From the NCBI GenBank assembly GCA_041664245.1, contig JBAYLC010000002.1, positions 11,593-75,592 on the forward strand: a stretch of DNA of 64,000 bases, read 5' to 3'. This stretch comes from Minisyncoccota bacterium (GTDB lineage: Bacteria > Patescibacteriota > Minisyncoccia > UBA6257 > 2-01-FULL-56-20). Each line of letters starts with the position of its first letter. The stretch's first letter is position 1. A model generated the notes under the pieces. That model had not been told where the DNA came from. It did no database searches and was given only the letters and a program-made list of their open reading frames with translations. The position numbers and the translations under genes were made by a program. Positions 63,472 through 64,000 of the stretch are shown piece after piece.

Positions 63472-64000
63472 ATGAAAGTTTTTTTAAAAAATTTTAAGAA
63501 ATTATGGAAGAGATTTACCCGCCAAAATTTTTCAAACAAAAATTTAGGCGGGTTTACGTTAATTGAAATTTTGATAGCGGTTGGGGTTATTGCAGTTCTA
63601 ACAACAATTGTGATTTTAACTCTGAATCCTTCGGAGATTAGAAAAAAAGGCCGGGACGCTCAACGGCTTAGCGAAGCTCAGTTGATTAATGTTGGCGTGT
63701 CCTTGTTTTCGGTTTTAAAAACTAACGCTAGTTTGGGTGATCCAACTAAAATTTACCTCTCATTGCCGGATAATAATCCGGATTGTTCAAGCTATGCCTT
63801 TCCCTCTTCGACATTGCCTCAGGGTTGGTCGTTTGCTTGTGTGCCGTTAAATAATTTAAGAAGAACTGATGGTACCGGCTGGATTCCAGTTGATTTTAAT
63901 TCACTTGTTTCACCGCCATTTTCTAATTTACCGATTGATCCGTCTAACGATGCTACGCAAGGTTTGTATTATAGCTATGTTTATAATGCGCAGAAATCGC
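63472..64000 (+). CDS. Second type IV prepilin-like protein (runs off window end), paralog of 62839
   Basis: MKVFLKNFKKLWKRFTRQNFSNKNLGG|FTLIEILIAV..KIYLSLPDNNP.CSSY..GTGWIPVDF..LPIDP; open to 64000. Confidence 0.88.
   Translation, partial: MKVFLKNFKKLWKRFTRQNFSNKNLGGFTLIEILIAVGVIAVLTTIVILTLNPSEIRKKGRDAQRLSEAQLINVGVSLFSVLKTNASLGDPTKIYLSLPDNNPDCSSYAFPSSTLPQGWSFACVPLNNLRRTDGTGWIPVDFNSLVSPPFSNLPIDPSNDATQGLYYSYVYNAQKS
63514..63557. repeat. Palindromic mini-element in frame in the prepilin leader
   Basis: TTTAC-CCGCCAAAATTTT..AAAATTTAGGCGGG-TTTAC; net 39 nt. Confidence 0.7.

Overview
64 kb of a small-genome bacterium. Gene content and promoter style suggest Patescibacteria/CPR (Parcubacteria-like); this is inference. 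It uses standard genetic code 11, and I saw no prophage, CRISPR array, rRNA or transposase. Housekeeping content: gap-rpiB-rpe-split transketolase-PfkB carbon cluster, rplY, metG, leuS, tatD, yjjX, class II (B12-dependent) ribonucleotide reductase, glutamate dehydrogenase, MgtA, cardiolipin synthase, HtrA, five tRNAs and two type IV prepilins. Best leads: (1) four secreted modular surface proteins (SH3b-like, PKD/Ig, peptidoglycan-binding and five Cys-flanked dockerin domains) inserted in the carbon cluster, with no cohesin in view and a G10 tract in one promoter, a candidate host-docking system; (2) a ~0.9 kb stretch (20245-21087) with three tandem promoters, two terminator-bounded structured RNA candidates and a structured leader for an orphan secreted protein; (3) TTTAC-flanked palindromic mini-elements, one inserted in frame at a prepilin cleavage site; (4) a MazG-like + nuclease/DUF2075 helicase pair; (5) heptamer tandem repeats and palindromes in frame in LeuRS, which also has a Nudix insert; (6) single-gene cassettes with strong Shine-Dalgarno motifs and unannotated Cys-rich micropeptides, while many core genes look leaderless. 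All calls come from motif recognition by eye; no database search was run.
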